Assembly (NCBI GenBank): GCA_043799405.1
Contig: JAZDNT010000003.1
Location: 207,461-271,460, forward strand
Direction: 5' to 3'
DNA length: 64,000 bases
Source of the DNA: Candidatus Kerfeldbacteria bacterium
GTDB taxonomy: Bacteria > Patescibacteriota > Patescibacteriia > SBBC01
A program made the position numbers and the translations under genes. Positions within the stretch are counted from its first letter, which is position 1. Every line of letters begins with the position of its first letter. The notes below the pieces were generated by a model that worked only from the letters and a program-made list of their open reading frames with translations, was not told the DNA's origin and did no database searches. Below are positions 45,997 through 55,562 of this stretch, in pieces.

Positions 45997-47085
45997 ATGT
46001 CAACACATGTCTCATCACCAACGATTCACTTCTGGCTCGCCTTGCAAATCGCAGGAATCGGCTACCGAACGATACGACAACTCATGGAACGATTCGGTAC
46101 GATCGATAACGTCATGCGCGCCTCAAGGGTTCAACTCAACGACGCCGGTGCATCAGCTACGCTCATTGATGCATTGCTCCATGCACGGAACGCTACACCG
46201 GATATCGATTCGATCAGTGCCCGTAATATCAATGTGATCGCTGTCGATGACCCACTCTTTCCCTCGCTCCTCCGAGAAACACACAGTCCGCCGCTCGTTC
46301 TATATGTTCGCGGTAGCATAGAAGCAATCCATGGTACGTGCCTATCTGCTGTCGGTACAAGGAAGCCTTCGCGCTACGGGATCGCAGCAACGCACCGCAT
46401 CGTCGAGCCACTCGCCCAACGTGGAGTTGTGATCGTTTCCGGGTTAGCGTTCGGCATCGATGCCGAAGTGCACCGTGCAGCGCTCGATGCCGGGGGAACG
46501 ACCGTTGCGGTCCTCGGGAACGGGATCGACGAAGTGTACCCGCGATGCAACAGGGCGCTTGCAAATGAAATACTGGAGCACAACGGCGCCGTTATCGGTG
46601 AGTATCCGCCTGGAACAGAGATCCAGCGCCACTTTTTCCCGCAGCGCAACCGCATCATCGCGGGTGTAAGCGCAGCTACCCTCATCATCGAAGCGGGTGT
46701 CACGTCAGGAGCCCTCATCACAGCGCGTATGGCACTCGACGAGAACCGCGAGGTTTTCGCCGTACCCGGTCCCATTGACTCGGATGTATCTGTCGGCCCT
46801 AACAATCTCATTAAGATGGGGGCAATGCCCACGACTCGACCAGAAGACCTCTTTGAGCAATACGGACTTGACAGGTCGCCGCGTATGGAAGACAATGCTA
46901 CAATTCATGCCGAAACCAACGAAGAACTCAGTCTCTTACGGCTCCTCGGTGTACCGAGGCACGTTGACGAACTCGTTGCGTTGAGTACACTTGACACCAG
47001 TACCGTCAACGCGACCCTCTCGCTCCTCGAAATGAAAGGGAGGGTGCGGCACCTTGGCGGCATGCAATATATCCGAACACGTTAA
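45997..47085 (+). CDS. dprA: DNA-processing protein DprA (Smf)
   Basis: SGLAFGIDAEVHRAAL...FPQRNRIIAG...SGALITAR.AL...REVFAVPG. Start placed at ATG 45997 (MSTHVSSP...); the ORF opens at 45928. Confidence 0.9.
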   Translation: MSTHVSSPTIHFWLALQIAGIGYRTIRQLMERFGTIDNVMRASRVQLNDAGASATLIDALLHARNATPDIDSISARNINVIAVDDPLFPSLLRETHSPPLVLYVRGSIEAIHGTCLSAVGTRKPSRYGIAATHRIVEPLAQRGVVIVSGLAFGIDAEVHRAALDAGGTTVAVLGNGIDEVYPRCNRALANEILEHNGAVIGEYPPGTEIQRHFFPQRNRIIAGVSAATLIIEAGVTSGALITARMALDENREVFAVPGPIDSDVSVGPNNLIKMGAMPTTRPEDLFEQYGLDRSPRMEDNATIHAETNEELSLLRLLGVPRHVDELVALSTLDTSTVNATLSLLEMKGRVRHLGGMQYIRTR

Positions 47086-47091
47086 GGCACC

Positions 47092-49354
47092 ATGGCAAAA
47101 AACAAAGACCTCGTCATCGTCGAATCGCCGACGAAGGCAAAAACAATATCGCGTTTCATAGGCAACGACTTTCGCGTTGAGTCGAGCTTCGGACACGTCA
47201 GGGACCTGCCGAAGTCGAAGCTCGGCGTGGATGTGGACAAGGACTTCGCGCCCCAGTACGTCATACCGACAAAGGCGAGAAAGGTCGTTACGGCACTGAA
47301 AAAGACCGCAGCTAAGGCTCGCGCGATCTACTTCGCGACTGATGAAGACCGAGAAGGCGAAGCGATCTCGTGGCACCTTGCTGAACTCCTCGGACAGCCG
47401 AAGGACAAGCTGAAACGCATCGTTTTCCATGAGATAACCGAGGAAGCGATACAGGAAGCCCTGAAAAGCCCGCGAGAGCTCGACCTTCGGCTCGTCGATG
47501 CGCAGCAGGCACGACGGATCCTTGACCGTCTCGTTGGGTATGGGCTCTCTCCCCTGCTCTGGAAAAAGGTTGCGAAGGGGCTCTCTGCCGGACGCGTCCA
47601 GTCGGTCGCTGTACGGCTCATCGTAGAGCGCGAGCGCGAGATCCAGGCGTTCAAGTCGCAGGAGTACTGGTCGATCGATGCGACCTTTACGACCTCACGC
47701 AGCACGTCGTTCACAGCGAAACTCGCGAAGCGCGATGGGAAATCACTCGACAAACTCGACCTTGCATCAAAAGATGAAGCTGACGCGGTCCTTAAGCACC
47801 TCGAGGGTACCGCATACTCGATAGCTGACGTCCAAAAAAAAAGAGACGAAAAAAAGCCCGTATCCTCCGTACACCACCTCGACGCTACAGCAGGATGCGA
47901 ACCGAAAACTCGGCTACTCAAGCAGGCAGACCATGGCGGTCGCCCAGGGACTCTACGAAGGCGTCGAGCTCGGAGACCGCGGGCCGACCGGTCTTATCAC
48001 GTACATGCGCACCGACTCGTTCAACCTCGCCGGAAAGTTCATGGGTGAGGCGGGAAACTTCATCGAATCGAGCTTCGGAAAAGAGTACCACCAGCCACGA
48101 AAGTTTCACACGAAAGCGAAGGGCGCGCAGGAAGCGCACGAGGCGATCCGGCCGACCGATCCGACGAACACGCCCGATGCGGTCCGACCCTTCCTTGATG
48201 AACGGCAACAGAAGCTCTACGAGCTCATCTGGCGCCGCGCAGTCGCTTCGCAAATGGCCGACGCCGCCATGGATTCGACTACGGTCGATGTGGTGAACGC
48301 CAGTGCCCCGGTGTATACCTTCCGGGCAACCGGACAGACAACGAAATTTGACGGTTTCCTCAAAGTGGCGACGGAGGGCGTCAAGGAAACGGAACTCCCC
48401 GCGTTGACGGCTGGCGAACCGGTAGACTGCACCGCGCTTACGCCCGCACAGCACTTCACCGAGCCGCCGGCTCGTTACTCCGAAGCTGGGATCGTCAAGA
48501 AGCTTGAGGAATACGGCATCGGGAGGCCGTCGACGTACGCGCCGACCATCGCAACGATCATCGACCGCGGCTACGTCGAGCGGTTCGAACGCCGTCTGAA
48601 ACCGACCGACATCGCGTACATCGTGAACGACCTGCTGGTGAAACATTTCCCCGAGATCATCGACTACCAGTTCACGGCGAAGATGGAGCAGCAGTTCGAC
48701 GACATCGCAGAAGGAACGAAACAGTGGGTGCCCGTCATTAAGGAATTTTATACGCCATTCAAGGAACACCTCACCATGAAAGAAAATACCCTTTCAAAGA
48801 AAGAGCTGACCGAGCAGGCGACCGACCACGTCTGCGAGAAGTGCGGAAAGCCTATGGTGATTAAGTTCGGGCGCTTCGGAAAATTCCTCGCGTGCACCGG
48901 TTACCCGGAATGCAAGAACACGAAGGAGCTGAACCACGACAACTCGATCAATGAGAACAAGGTGCAGGTTGAGGGCGTCGGCGAGACCTGTCCGGAATGC
49001 AAACAGGGGAAGCTCGCGATGAAACGCGGCAGGTTCGGCCCGTTCCTCGGTTGCGACCGCTATCCGGACTGCAAGTACATCAAGAATATCGAGAAGTCCA
49101 CCGGCGTAAAATGCCCGCAGTGCGGCCAAGGAGACATCATCGAGAAGCGCTCCCGCTACGGCAAGACCTTCTATTCCTGCAACCGCTACCCCGACTGCAA
49201 GTTCGCGCTCTGGAGCAAGCCGACCGGCGAAAAGTGCCCTGACTGCGGTTCATTGATCGTATACGGAGCAAAGGGAACGTTCCGCTGCTCGAGCAAGACG
49301 TGCAAGTATGTTAAATCGGCGGACGACACTGCCGTACCGCCGCAGGAGGCATAG
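47092..49354 (+). CDS. topA: DNA topoisomerase I, reading frame broken (+1) inside an A9/A7 tract
   Basis: Frame 1 (47092-) gives the Toprim domain ([16 protein letters not shown]...[12 protein letters not shown]) up to ...[12 protein letters not shown]. Frame 2 is open from 47825 and continues [43 protein letters not shown]...[10 protein letters not shown], followed by four C-terminal Zn ribbons. The junction lies in AAAAAAAAA (47834-47842) or AAAAAAA (47849-47855). Confidence 0.85.
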
Positions 49355-49355
49355 T

Positions 49356-49712
49356 ATGCTTATCCGCTGGTTCATCAACACGCTCATCATTCTCGCGCTC
49401 CCCTACCTCATTCCCGGGATCTCGGTGCATAGCTTCTGGTCAGCGCTTTTGACCGCGCTCGTACTCGGTATTTTGAATGCGCTCGTGCGCCCGATACTCG
49501 TCATCCTGACGCTACCGATCACCATAGTAACACTCGGGCTCTTCCTCATCGTCCTGAACGCGATCCTTGTCTGGTTTACAAGTACGATTATTAAAGGTTT
49601 CGAAGTAACAGGATTTCTCCCAGCACTCGAAGCAGCGATCGTCATCTGGTTTGCTAGCCTCCTCACGAACGGACTCGTCAAAGGAAAAAAACGTCAACCG
49701 ATACAGCGCTAG
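49356..49712 (+). CDS. DUF360 / holin-family-IV-like small membrane protein
   Basis: MLIRWFINTLIILALPYLIPGISV...LNALVRPILVILTLPITIVTLGLF. ATG 49356 lies 6 nt after CAGGAGGC and directly after the topA stop. Confidence 0.7.
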   Translation: MLIRWFINTLIILALPYLIPGISVHSFWSALLTALVLGILNALVRPILVILTLPITIVTLGLFLIVLNAILVWFTSTIIKGFEVTGFLPALEAAIVIWFASLLTNGLVKGKKRQPIQR

Positions 49713-49725
49713 GAAAAAGCGAAAA

Positions 49726-49753
49726 CCCACTGGACTCCTCCAAATCCAGTGGG
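49726..49753. terminator. bidirectional hairpin terminator
   Basis: CCCACTGGA (49726-49734) pairs with TCCAGTGGG (49745-49753). On the minus strand it is followed by TTTTCGCTTTTTCC. Confidence 0.6.
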
Positions 49754-49813
49754 ATTAAGGTACGACTCTGCGTCGTCTCCGACACGACTCCCATGACCAC
49801 GATCACCGCTCTG

Positions 49814-49954
49814 TCAAGGCCCCAAGCCTCCATGCAGCCAGTCGAGACCGACCCAGCTCAGTCCAAAGAGCATGGCGATCGCGAGAACCAGGTAGAATAA
49901 CCACCGCTTGATCCTCGAAACCTTGCTCACCGGAATCTTAGTGCTCTCTGCCAT
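49814..49954 (-). CDS. possible small membrane protein (46 aa)
   Basis: Hand translation MAESTKIPVSKVSRIKRWLFYLVLAIAMLFGLSWVGLDWLHGGLGP. The ATG overlaps the TGA of an upstream mini-ORF (...VKALRITFFLVVIFGTAMTVFWLRG). Confidence 0.35.
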   Translation of the reverse strand: MAESTKIPVSKVSRIKRWLFYLVLAIAMLFGLSWVGLDWLHGGLGP

Positions 49955-50132
49955 GGCATCACCCCCTGAGCCAGAACACGGTCATCGCGGTACCGAAGAT
50001 GACGACCAGAAAAAACGTAATCCGCAACGCCTTCACGACCCTCGGCGATACCGGGATGTCTGGTAACGCGTACCACGGATATCCCCTGCCTTCGAGTACG
50101 ACTCACCTCCTTGTTGCTGACCGCATTGCCGG

Positions 50133-50393
50133 TCAGCGCCTGCGCAGTCTCCGATTAATGCGCCGCTTCCTATCGATGCTGTTCTTGACACGCATGACGG
50201 ACGCTACAGTGAAGAAATGAAACCTGTTCACGGGGTGGCGGAAGAACCGAAGGCCCGCGAGAACGCCACCACAGCCGTTCCCCGCCTTGGCCGCCCAACG
50301 GTGCAGGGTTTGATGGCTCACGCGAAGGATCGCTGCAGCGGAACCTGTGGTGTAGTACTTCGTACGCCCGATTGTAACGACTGTTGGGGTCAT
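50133..50393 (-). CDS. excisionase/MerR-like helix-turn-helix DNA-binding protein (86 aa)
   Basis: TKYYTTGSAAAILRVSHQTLHRWAAKAG resembles the HTH_17/Xis-type motif. AGGGAGG lies 5 nt upstream of the ATG. Basic C-terminal tail. Confidence 0.6.
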   Translation of the reverse strand: MTPTVVTIGRTKYYTTGSAAAILRVSHQTLHRWAAKAGNGCGGVLAGLRFFRHPVNRFHFFTVASVMRVKNSIDRKRRINRRLRRR

Positions 50394-50410
50394 CCGTGCC
50401 TCCCTGTTGA

Positions 50411-50530
50411 CTAGTGCGGGTGCGTCTCGAGGAACCTGACGATCTTGTCCACATTGAGCAGACCGATGACCAGTACCAATACTAGTACTTCTCCGATCGA
50501 GCTCGACAGCAGCTCATCCTCCGGACTCAT
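50411..50530 (-). CDS. possible small membrane protein (39 aa)
   Basis: Hand translation MSPEDELLSSSIGEVLVLVLVIGLLNVDKIVRFLETHPH. Confidence 0.3.
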   Translation of the reverse strand: MSPEDELLSSSIGEVLVLVLVIGLLNVDKIVRFLETHPH

Positions 50531-50552
50531 CGGTCCATCCCCGTCCCACGCG

Positions 50553-50759
50553 TCACCTCCCTGGCTTTACCCCGCCGTGCTCCGTTCCGAAGCCGCTTAC
50601 TCGCGTTCCGAAACGACGACGCACCGAGTGAACGATGACCCACAGCACAGGACCGAACGCGAGTGAGGCCATGAACATCGTCCGACCACCCAGTTTCCAC
50701 ACCAACAGCACCGGTACGGTAAAACACGCGACCACGAGAATAACATCCATGCGTGTCAT
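50553..50759 (-). CDS. small two-TM membrane protein (68 aa)
   Basis: MTRMDVILVVACFTVPVLLVWKLGGRTMFMASLAFGPVLWVIVHSV.... GGGAGG lies 9 nt upstream of the ATG. Confidence 0.5.
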   Translation of the reverse strand: MTRMDVILVVACFTVPVLLVWKLGGRTMFMASLAFGPVLWVIVHSVRRRFGTRVSGFGTEHGGVKPGR

Positions 50760-50923
50760 CTGCTAAAACCTCCCTATTCAATTGTCTGCCTCTTTATATC
50801 GAAAAGAGGGCACGAACAGCACCCTCCGTTTGCCTCTCAAATGGCGGGAAAATCTTGCCACGTTACTTGGCAATCGTCAAGCGTTTTTTGTATCCAAGGT
50901 TCCGAGGTAGTACACTTACGTCC

Positions 50924-52402
50924 ATGTCATTCTATGACCTCATATCGACAATGAAACACGAACGGCTTCGGGTAGACAAGGATCTACTACGGCTTGCGTA
51001 CGAGACCGCAGAGCGCGCCCATGCCGGTCAGGTACGCCTTTCTGGTGAGCCGTACGTTACGCATTCGCTCGCAGTCGCCAATACGCTTGCACGCCTTCGC
51101 CTCGACGAAGAAACCATCATAGCCGGGCTCCTCCATGACGTTCCGGAGGATACTCACGTGACCATCAACGAGTTGCGCAAGGATTTCGGCGATACCGTGG
51201 CAAACCTCGTTGATGGAGTGACAAAGCTCGGAAAACTCAAGTACCGCGGAATGGAGCGGTACGTCGAGAACCTGCGTAAGATGTTCGTTGCAATGGCGCA
51301 GGACATCCGCGTCATCCTCATCAAGTTCGCTGATAGGCTGCACAACCTAGAAACGCTCGATTTCCTTCCTTCTCCTGAGAAACGGAGACGGATCGCCCTC
51401 GAATCGATAGAGATCTACGCACCGATCGCGAACAGGCTCGGCATGGGCGAAATAAAAGGTCAGCTCGAGGATCTGTCGTTCCCGTACGTCTTTCCAGAAG
51501 AGCAGAAAGCGACAGAGCGCATGCTTTCCCAGCGCCTCGGTGATATTACGGGATACCTCGAAGACCTCAAGACGACCCTGCACGCAGAGCTTCGGCGGCA
51601 CCGTATCCGCGTCGTCGATATCCATGGTCGCCAGAAACACCTGTACTCTCTCTACAAGAAACTTCAGCGTCCCGGGATCGACGGCGACATCATGAAGATC
51701 TATGACCTTGTCGCCATCCGTATCATCGTTGGTTCCGTCGAAGACTGCTATGCGGCCCTCGGGATCATCCATGGGAAATGGCGTCCCCTTCCCGGAAGGA
51801 TCAAGGACTACATCGCCCAGCCGAAACCGAACGGTTACCAGTCGATCCATACGACCGTGTTCGGTCCCAACGGGCAGATCATAGAAATCCAGATCCGTGA
51901 CACTAAAATGCACGATGACGCGGAGTATGGCATCGCTGCGCACTGGCATTATGTTGAAACCGGGAAACAAAAAAAAGTGCACGTAGCGTTCAACCAGAAG
52001 CTCGCATGGGTCCGCGAACTCAACGAATGGCAAAAGGAGCTCGAGAACGAACAGTACCTCGAAGCGCTGAGGATCGACGTGTTCTCGAACCGTATCTTCT
52101 GTTTCACTCCGCGCGGTGATGTCATTGACCTTCCCGAAAATGCTACCGCGATCGATTTCGCCTTTGCCGTACACTCGGAGCTCGGTTGCCAGATAACCGG
52201 CGCACGCATCAACGGTAAGTTCGAACAGGTAACGGTCACGCTCAAGAGCGGCGACGTCGTCGAGATACTGACCGACAAGAACAGAACGAGCCCGAATCCT
52301 GACTGGCTCCCCTACGTAAAGACAAGCCTCGCGCGCGACAAGATCAGGAAAGCGCAGCGCGATGAACAGGAGCGTTCCCGCGGGGAACCGAAGGTCCCGT
52401 AA
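50924..52402 (+). CDS. bifunctional (p)ppGpp synthetase/hydrolase (Rel/SpoT homolog), HD, synthetase and TGS domains only
   Basis: HD motif (HSLAVA...LLHDVPEDT), synthetase region (RIKDYIAQPKPNGYQSIHTTV), and TGS (IFCFTPRGDVIDLPENATAIDFAFAVHSE). Start at ATG 50924; the ORF opens at 50753. No ACT/RRM-like C-terminus. Confidence 0.85.
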   Translation: MSFYDLISTMKHERLRVDKDLLRLAYETAERAHAGQVRLSGEPYVTHSLAVANTLARLRLDEETIIAGLLHDVPEDTHVTINELRKDFGDTVANLVDGVTKLGKLKYRGMERYVENLRKMFVAMAQDIRVILIKFADRLHNLETLDFLPSPEKRRRIALESIEIYAPIANRLGMGEIKGQLEDLSFPYVFPEEQKATERMLSQRLGDITGYLEDLKTTLHAELRRHRIRVVDIHGRQKHLYSLYKKLQRPGIDGDIMKIYDLVAIRIIVGSVEDCYAALGIIHGKWRPLPGRIKDYIAQPKPNGYQSIHTTVFGPNGQIIEIQIRDTKMHDDAEYGIAAHWHYVETGKQKKVHVAFNQKLAWVRELNEWQKELENEQYLEALRIDVFSNRIFCFTPRGDVIDLPENATAIDFAFAVHSELGCQITGARINGKFEQVTVTLKSGDVVEILTDKNRTSPNPDWLPYVKTSLARDKIRKAQRDEQERSRGEPKVP

Positions 52403-52405
52403 TGC

Positions 52406-54676
52406 TCACTTCTTTGCTGGAAGCGAATCGAGCTTCTTTTGTACGTCAGTGTTCGACGGGTCAAGCTCCTTTACCATGGTGAATTCGGCGCGCGCTGTCT
52501 CATAGTCTTTCGCCTGTTCAGCGAGAAGCCCGAGCTGCCAGTGCGACTGAACGTCCGTCGAATCGATGCTGACCGCCCTCTGGAAGGCGTCTTTCGCCCG
52601 GGCAGTATCCTTTCGATCGAGGTAACGTATTCCGAGCTGGTACCACAGCGGCGCGAATGACGGATTGTCGCGGGCAAGCTGCTCGAGCGACGCGAACGCA
52701 GTATCCTTCTCCCCTGACAGTTCATCAACGAGGACGAGCCCGAACTGCGAATCAATGTTCGCTGGATCGATGGTGAGCGCTTCTGTAAACTCCGATCGCG
52801 CCTTAGAAAGGTACGCTTTGATCTGAGATTGATCAGCGTCTTTCTCGGAGGTGAGCGACGATGCGATGATGTAGTACGCCTGGCCGAGGGAGAGCCGGGT
52901 ATCAAGGTTCATCGGTTCGATCAGCACGGCCCGTTCGTACGCAGTAAGCACGAGCTCGCTCGATCCGCCGCCGATCGCGCTCAGGCTCTTGTAGAACTCG
53001 GCGAGCGACACGAGAATGACCGGATTACTGGGATCGTGGCTGACCGCAGCCTCACCGTCGGCTATTGCCCTCGCTGCGAACGCCTGTGCCTGAACAAGGT
53101 TTTCTCCCTTCTGGGCGATGAGCTGCGCCTGCACCAGATCGCTCTGCGCCCGGAGCAGGTACGGAAGCGCAGACCAAGGATTTAGGCGGATCGACCGATC
53201 GATCATCGGCGTTATGGTAGAGAGGTCGTCTGTACGTCGTATCGCAGCTCCGACCCTGACCATTTCGCGGTCTGCAAGAACTACCCGCACGGACCACGTC
53301 GTAACGACAATAAGGGCAGCGAGGACGACGACGAGCGTAAAGACCCCGCCGAGCCGAGCCGAGGGTTTCGTAATGGACATCGTCGGTGCGGAGCGGGACA
53401 CGGTTACGAGAAGCAATGCAAAGAGGAACCAAAACGCAGCGAACGTCACCGTGGTCGATGGCGCGAAGAAGAACGACGCTGTGATACCGCACCACGCTCC
53501 AACGAGCGATGAGACGAGCGACCAGCTCTTCTGCTGTTTGCGCGCGACTAACTCGCTCGATACCGCAACGAGGTACACGAGGTAACCGACGAGCGCAAGG
53601 ATCGACAGTGCTCCAAGAACTCCCATCGTAGCGAGGATCTGAAGTCCCTCATCGGAAGCCTTCAGGAACCTGAGCGAGCTGGCTGACGTCCGTGCGAAAT
53701 CTACCGGCTTGTAACGGACGAAATCGTAGAAGAACGTTCCGGTTCCTGAGCCGATTACGGGATACTTTGATATTGTTTCCTTCGTAACGCTCCACGATGT
53801 CGAAGCGTCGAGGCGCGCGTCTTGCGTTACGTCCGTCCTGAACAGTCCTCCCGTTGGGAGTACGATACCTATCACGGCGATAGCGAGCGATGCGATGCAG
53901 AGCGCAAGCTCGAGCCGTGTGAACCGGCGTATGCTCACGAACGAGATCATAACGATAATCCCGACGAGAAGGGATATCCACCCTGCGAAGTTGTCTATTG
54001 CGAGGAGGAGCAGTGTTGCGACTGTAAGCGCCGAAAGGACGACGATGTGCCACAGTCTCCCCCGAAGCGAACGCAGGTACATGATGTCGAGCGGTAGCAC
54101 GAGCGCCATGATCGTCGCTAAGGAAGCCATCGAATTACCGGTAGGAAGGAACGACGGCTGCCTGAGCTCCGGAAAACCGAACGGTGACAGCCCTGAGAGC
54201 TGGAGAAGACTCAAAAGCCCTGCGATACCGAGCGATGCGATGAACACCGTAACGAACTGGTGAACGTCCTCTTCGCGATCGAGAACCTGCACGGCGAGTA
54301 TGACGAACAACACGAGCGACGCGATGACCGGAAACGCGTGGTGTACGTACCCTATGGTGCCGGTAAATGATACGATCCGGTTCATTGAGAATAGAGCCGA
54401 CAGTAGCGCTGCGACGACAACAACGATCAGCAGCCAAAATCCAGGAACCTTTCTCCACCGTACGTCGCTACCTGTGACCAAAGCGAGCAGCCATGTAAAT
54501 GCCGCGCCGAGCATAATAATGACAATAAGGGACGCCTTCGGAAGCTCGACTATGTCATTCAAACCCGGGATAAAGAAGAGCGGTGTAAGAAAAACGACAG
54601 CACCCAACAGGGCTTTCGTGATGCCGATGAGCGCTGAAGGTCGCGACCGCATTATTCGTGGTAGTAGTGGTGTCAT
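52406..54676 (-). CDS. O-antigen-ligase/Wzy_C-like polytopic membrane protein fused to C-terminal TPR repeats
   Basis: About 12 TM segments in the N-terminal 480 aa. The C-terminal 270 aa has repeated A..Y/F...A....P motifs (TPR). Confidence 0.7.
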   Translation of the reverse strand: MTPLLPRIMRSRPSALIGITKALLGAVVFLTPLFFIPGLNDIVELPKASLIVIIMLGAAFTWLLALVTGSDVRWRKVPGFWLLIVVVVAALLSALFSMNRIVSFTGTIGYVHHAFPVIASLVLFVILAVQVLDREEDVHQFVTVFIASLGIAGLLSLLQLSGLSPFGFPELRQPSFLPTGNSMASLATIMALVLPLDIMYLRSLRGRLWHIVVLSALTVATLLLLAIDNFAGWISLLVGIIVMISFVSIRRFTRLELALCIASLAIAVIGIVLPTGGLFRTDVTQDARLDASTSWSVTKETISKYPVIGSGTGTFFYDFVRYKPVDFARTSASSLRFLKASDEGLQILATMGVLGALSILALVGYLVYLVAVSSELVARKQQKSWSLVSSLVGAWCGITASFFFAPSTTVTFAAFWFLFALLLVTVSRSAPTMSITKPSARLGGVFTLVVVLAALIVVTTWSVRVVLADREMVRVGAAIRRTDDLSTITPMIDRSIRLNPWSALPYLLRAQSDLVQAQLIAQKGENLVQAQAFAARAIADGEAAVSHDPSNPVILVSLAEFYKSLSAIGGGSSELVLTAYERAVLIEPMNLDTRLSLGQAYYIIASSLTSEKDADQSQIKAYLSKARSEFTEALTIDPANIDSQFGLVLVDELSGEKDTAFASLEQLARDNPSFAPLWYQLGIRYLDRKDTARAKDAFQRAVSIDSTDVQSHWQLGLLAEQAKDYETARAEFTMVKELDPSNTDVQKKLDSLPAKK

Positions 54677-54698
54677 AGATTGATAGTGTAAGAGATAG

Positions 54699-55562
54699 TT
54701 ACGCCCGACGCAATCGCATTACGAGCGCTCGGAACTCTTCGTCCGAGTAAAATTCAATGATAATGGTGCCGGTTTTTCCCTTCCTGTCTGCGCGAACCCG
54801 CGTGCCGAACCTCTCGCGAAGCTCCTCTTCGACGGCGACGAGATCGGGATCTGCAGGGCGGAACCTGCTGCTGCCGTGTTTCGCCCGCGCGAGCCGCTCG
54901 CCGCCACGGACGCTCAATGACTGTTCGAGGATCTGCTTGAAGAGCCTGAGCTGCTCTTTTGCCGGCGATGCGCCTGCGATGACCTTTGCGTGGCCTTCAC
55001 TGAGCTTCTCCTCGGCAACGGCGCGCTGCACGTCTTCTGGTAGCTCAAGGAGACGGATCGTGTTCGCGACGGTGACGCGCGACTTACCAACTCGTTTCGC
55101 AACCTGGTCCTGTGTAAGACCGAAGTCGTCGATGAGCTTCCGGTACGCGAAAGCGCGTTCCATGGGGTTCAGGTCCTTCCGCTGCACGTTCTCGACGATA
55201 GCAAGCTCAAGCTGTTCCTGCGTCGTTGCGTCGCGTACGATCGCCGGAACAGTCGGAAGACCGATGATTGCTGCGGAACGGAGCCTCCGTTCGCCGGCGA
55301 TGAGCTGATACCTGTCCCCTTTCCGTACGACGATGAGCGGCTGGAGGATGCCGTGTTCGCGTATCGAATCGATGAGCTCCTCGAGCGCTGTGTGATCGAC
55401 GCCCTTCCGCGGTTGGTGCGGGTTCATCATGATCGAGGACGTCGGGATCTTCAGGACGCGCTGGAGGTCGGTTTCCTCCTGCCGTATGATCGGTTCCCAC
55501 CGCTTTTGCGCTGAAGCGTTCGGGATGAGCGAACTCAATCCTCTGCCGAGCGTACTTGTCAT
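54699..55562 (-). CDS. parB: chromosome partitioning protein ParB
   Basis: GILQPLIVV, GERRLRAA-like (GERRLRSAAIIG), and the HTH LTQDQVAKRVGKSRVTVANTIRLL. Confidence 0.9.
   Translation of the reverse strand: MTSTLGRGLSSLIPNASAQKRWEPIIRQEETDLQRVLKIPTSSIMMNPHQPRKGVDHTALEELIDSIREHGILQPLIVVRKGDRYQLIAGERRLRSAAIIGLPTVPAIVRDATTQEQLELAIVENVQRKDLNPMERAFAYRKLIDDFGLTQDQVAKRVGKSRVTVANTIRLLELPEDVQRAVAEEKLSEGHAKVIAGASPAKEQLRLFKQILEQSLSVRGGERLARAKHGSSRFRPADPDLVAVEEELRERFGTRVRADRKGKTGTIIIEFYSDEEFRALVMRLRRA

Noticed and set aside
50753-50923. N-terminal extensions offered by the ORF track (rel from 50753, hisS to 38255, dprA from 45928, ftsZ to 23862, 45500..45982, 16896..17471, 49308)
   Set aside because: The extensions overlap neighbouring genes or promoters and are not protein-like. 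Internal ATGs give conserved N-termini, several with ATGA stop/start coupling or an SD.
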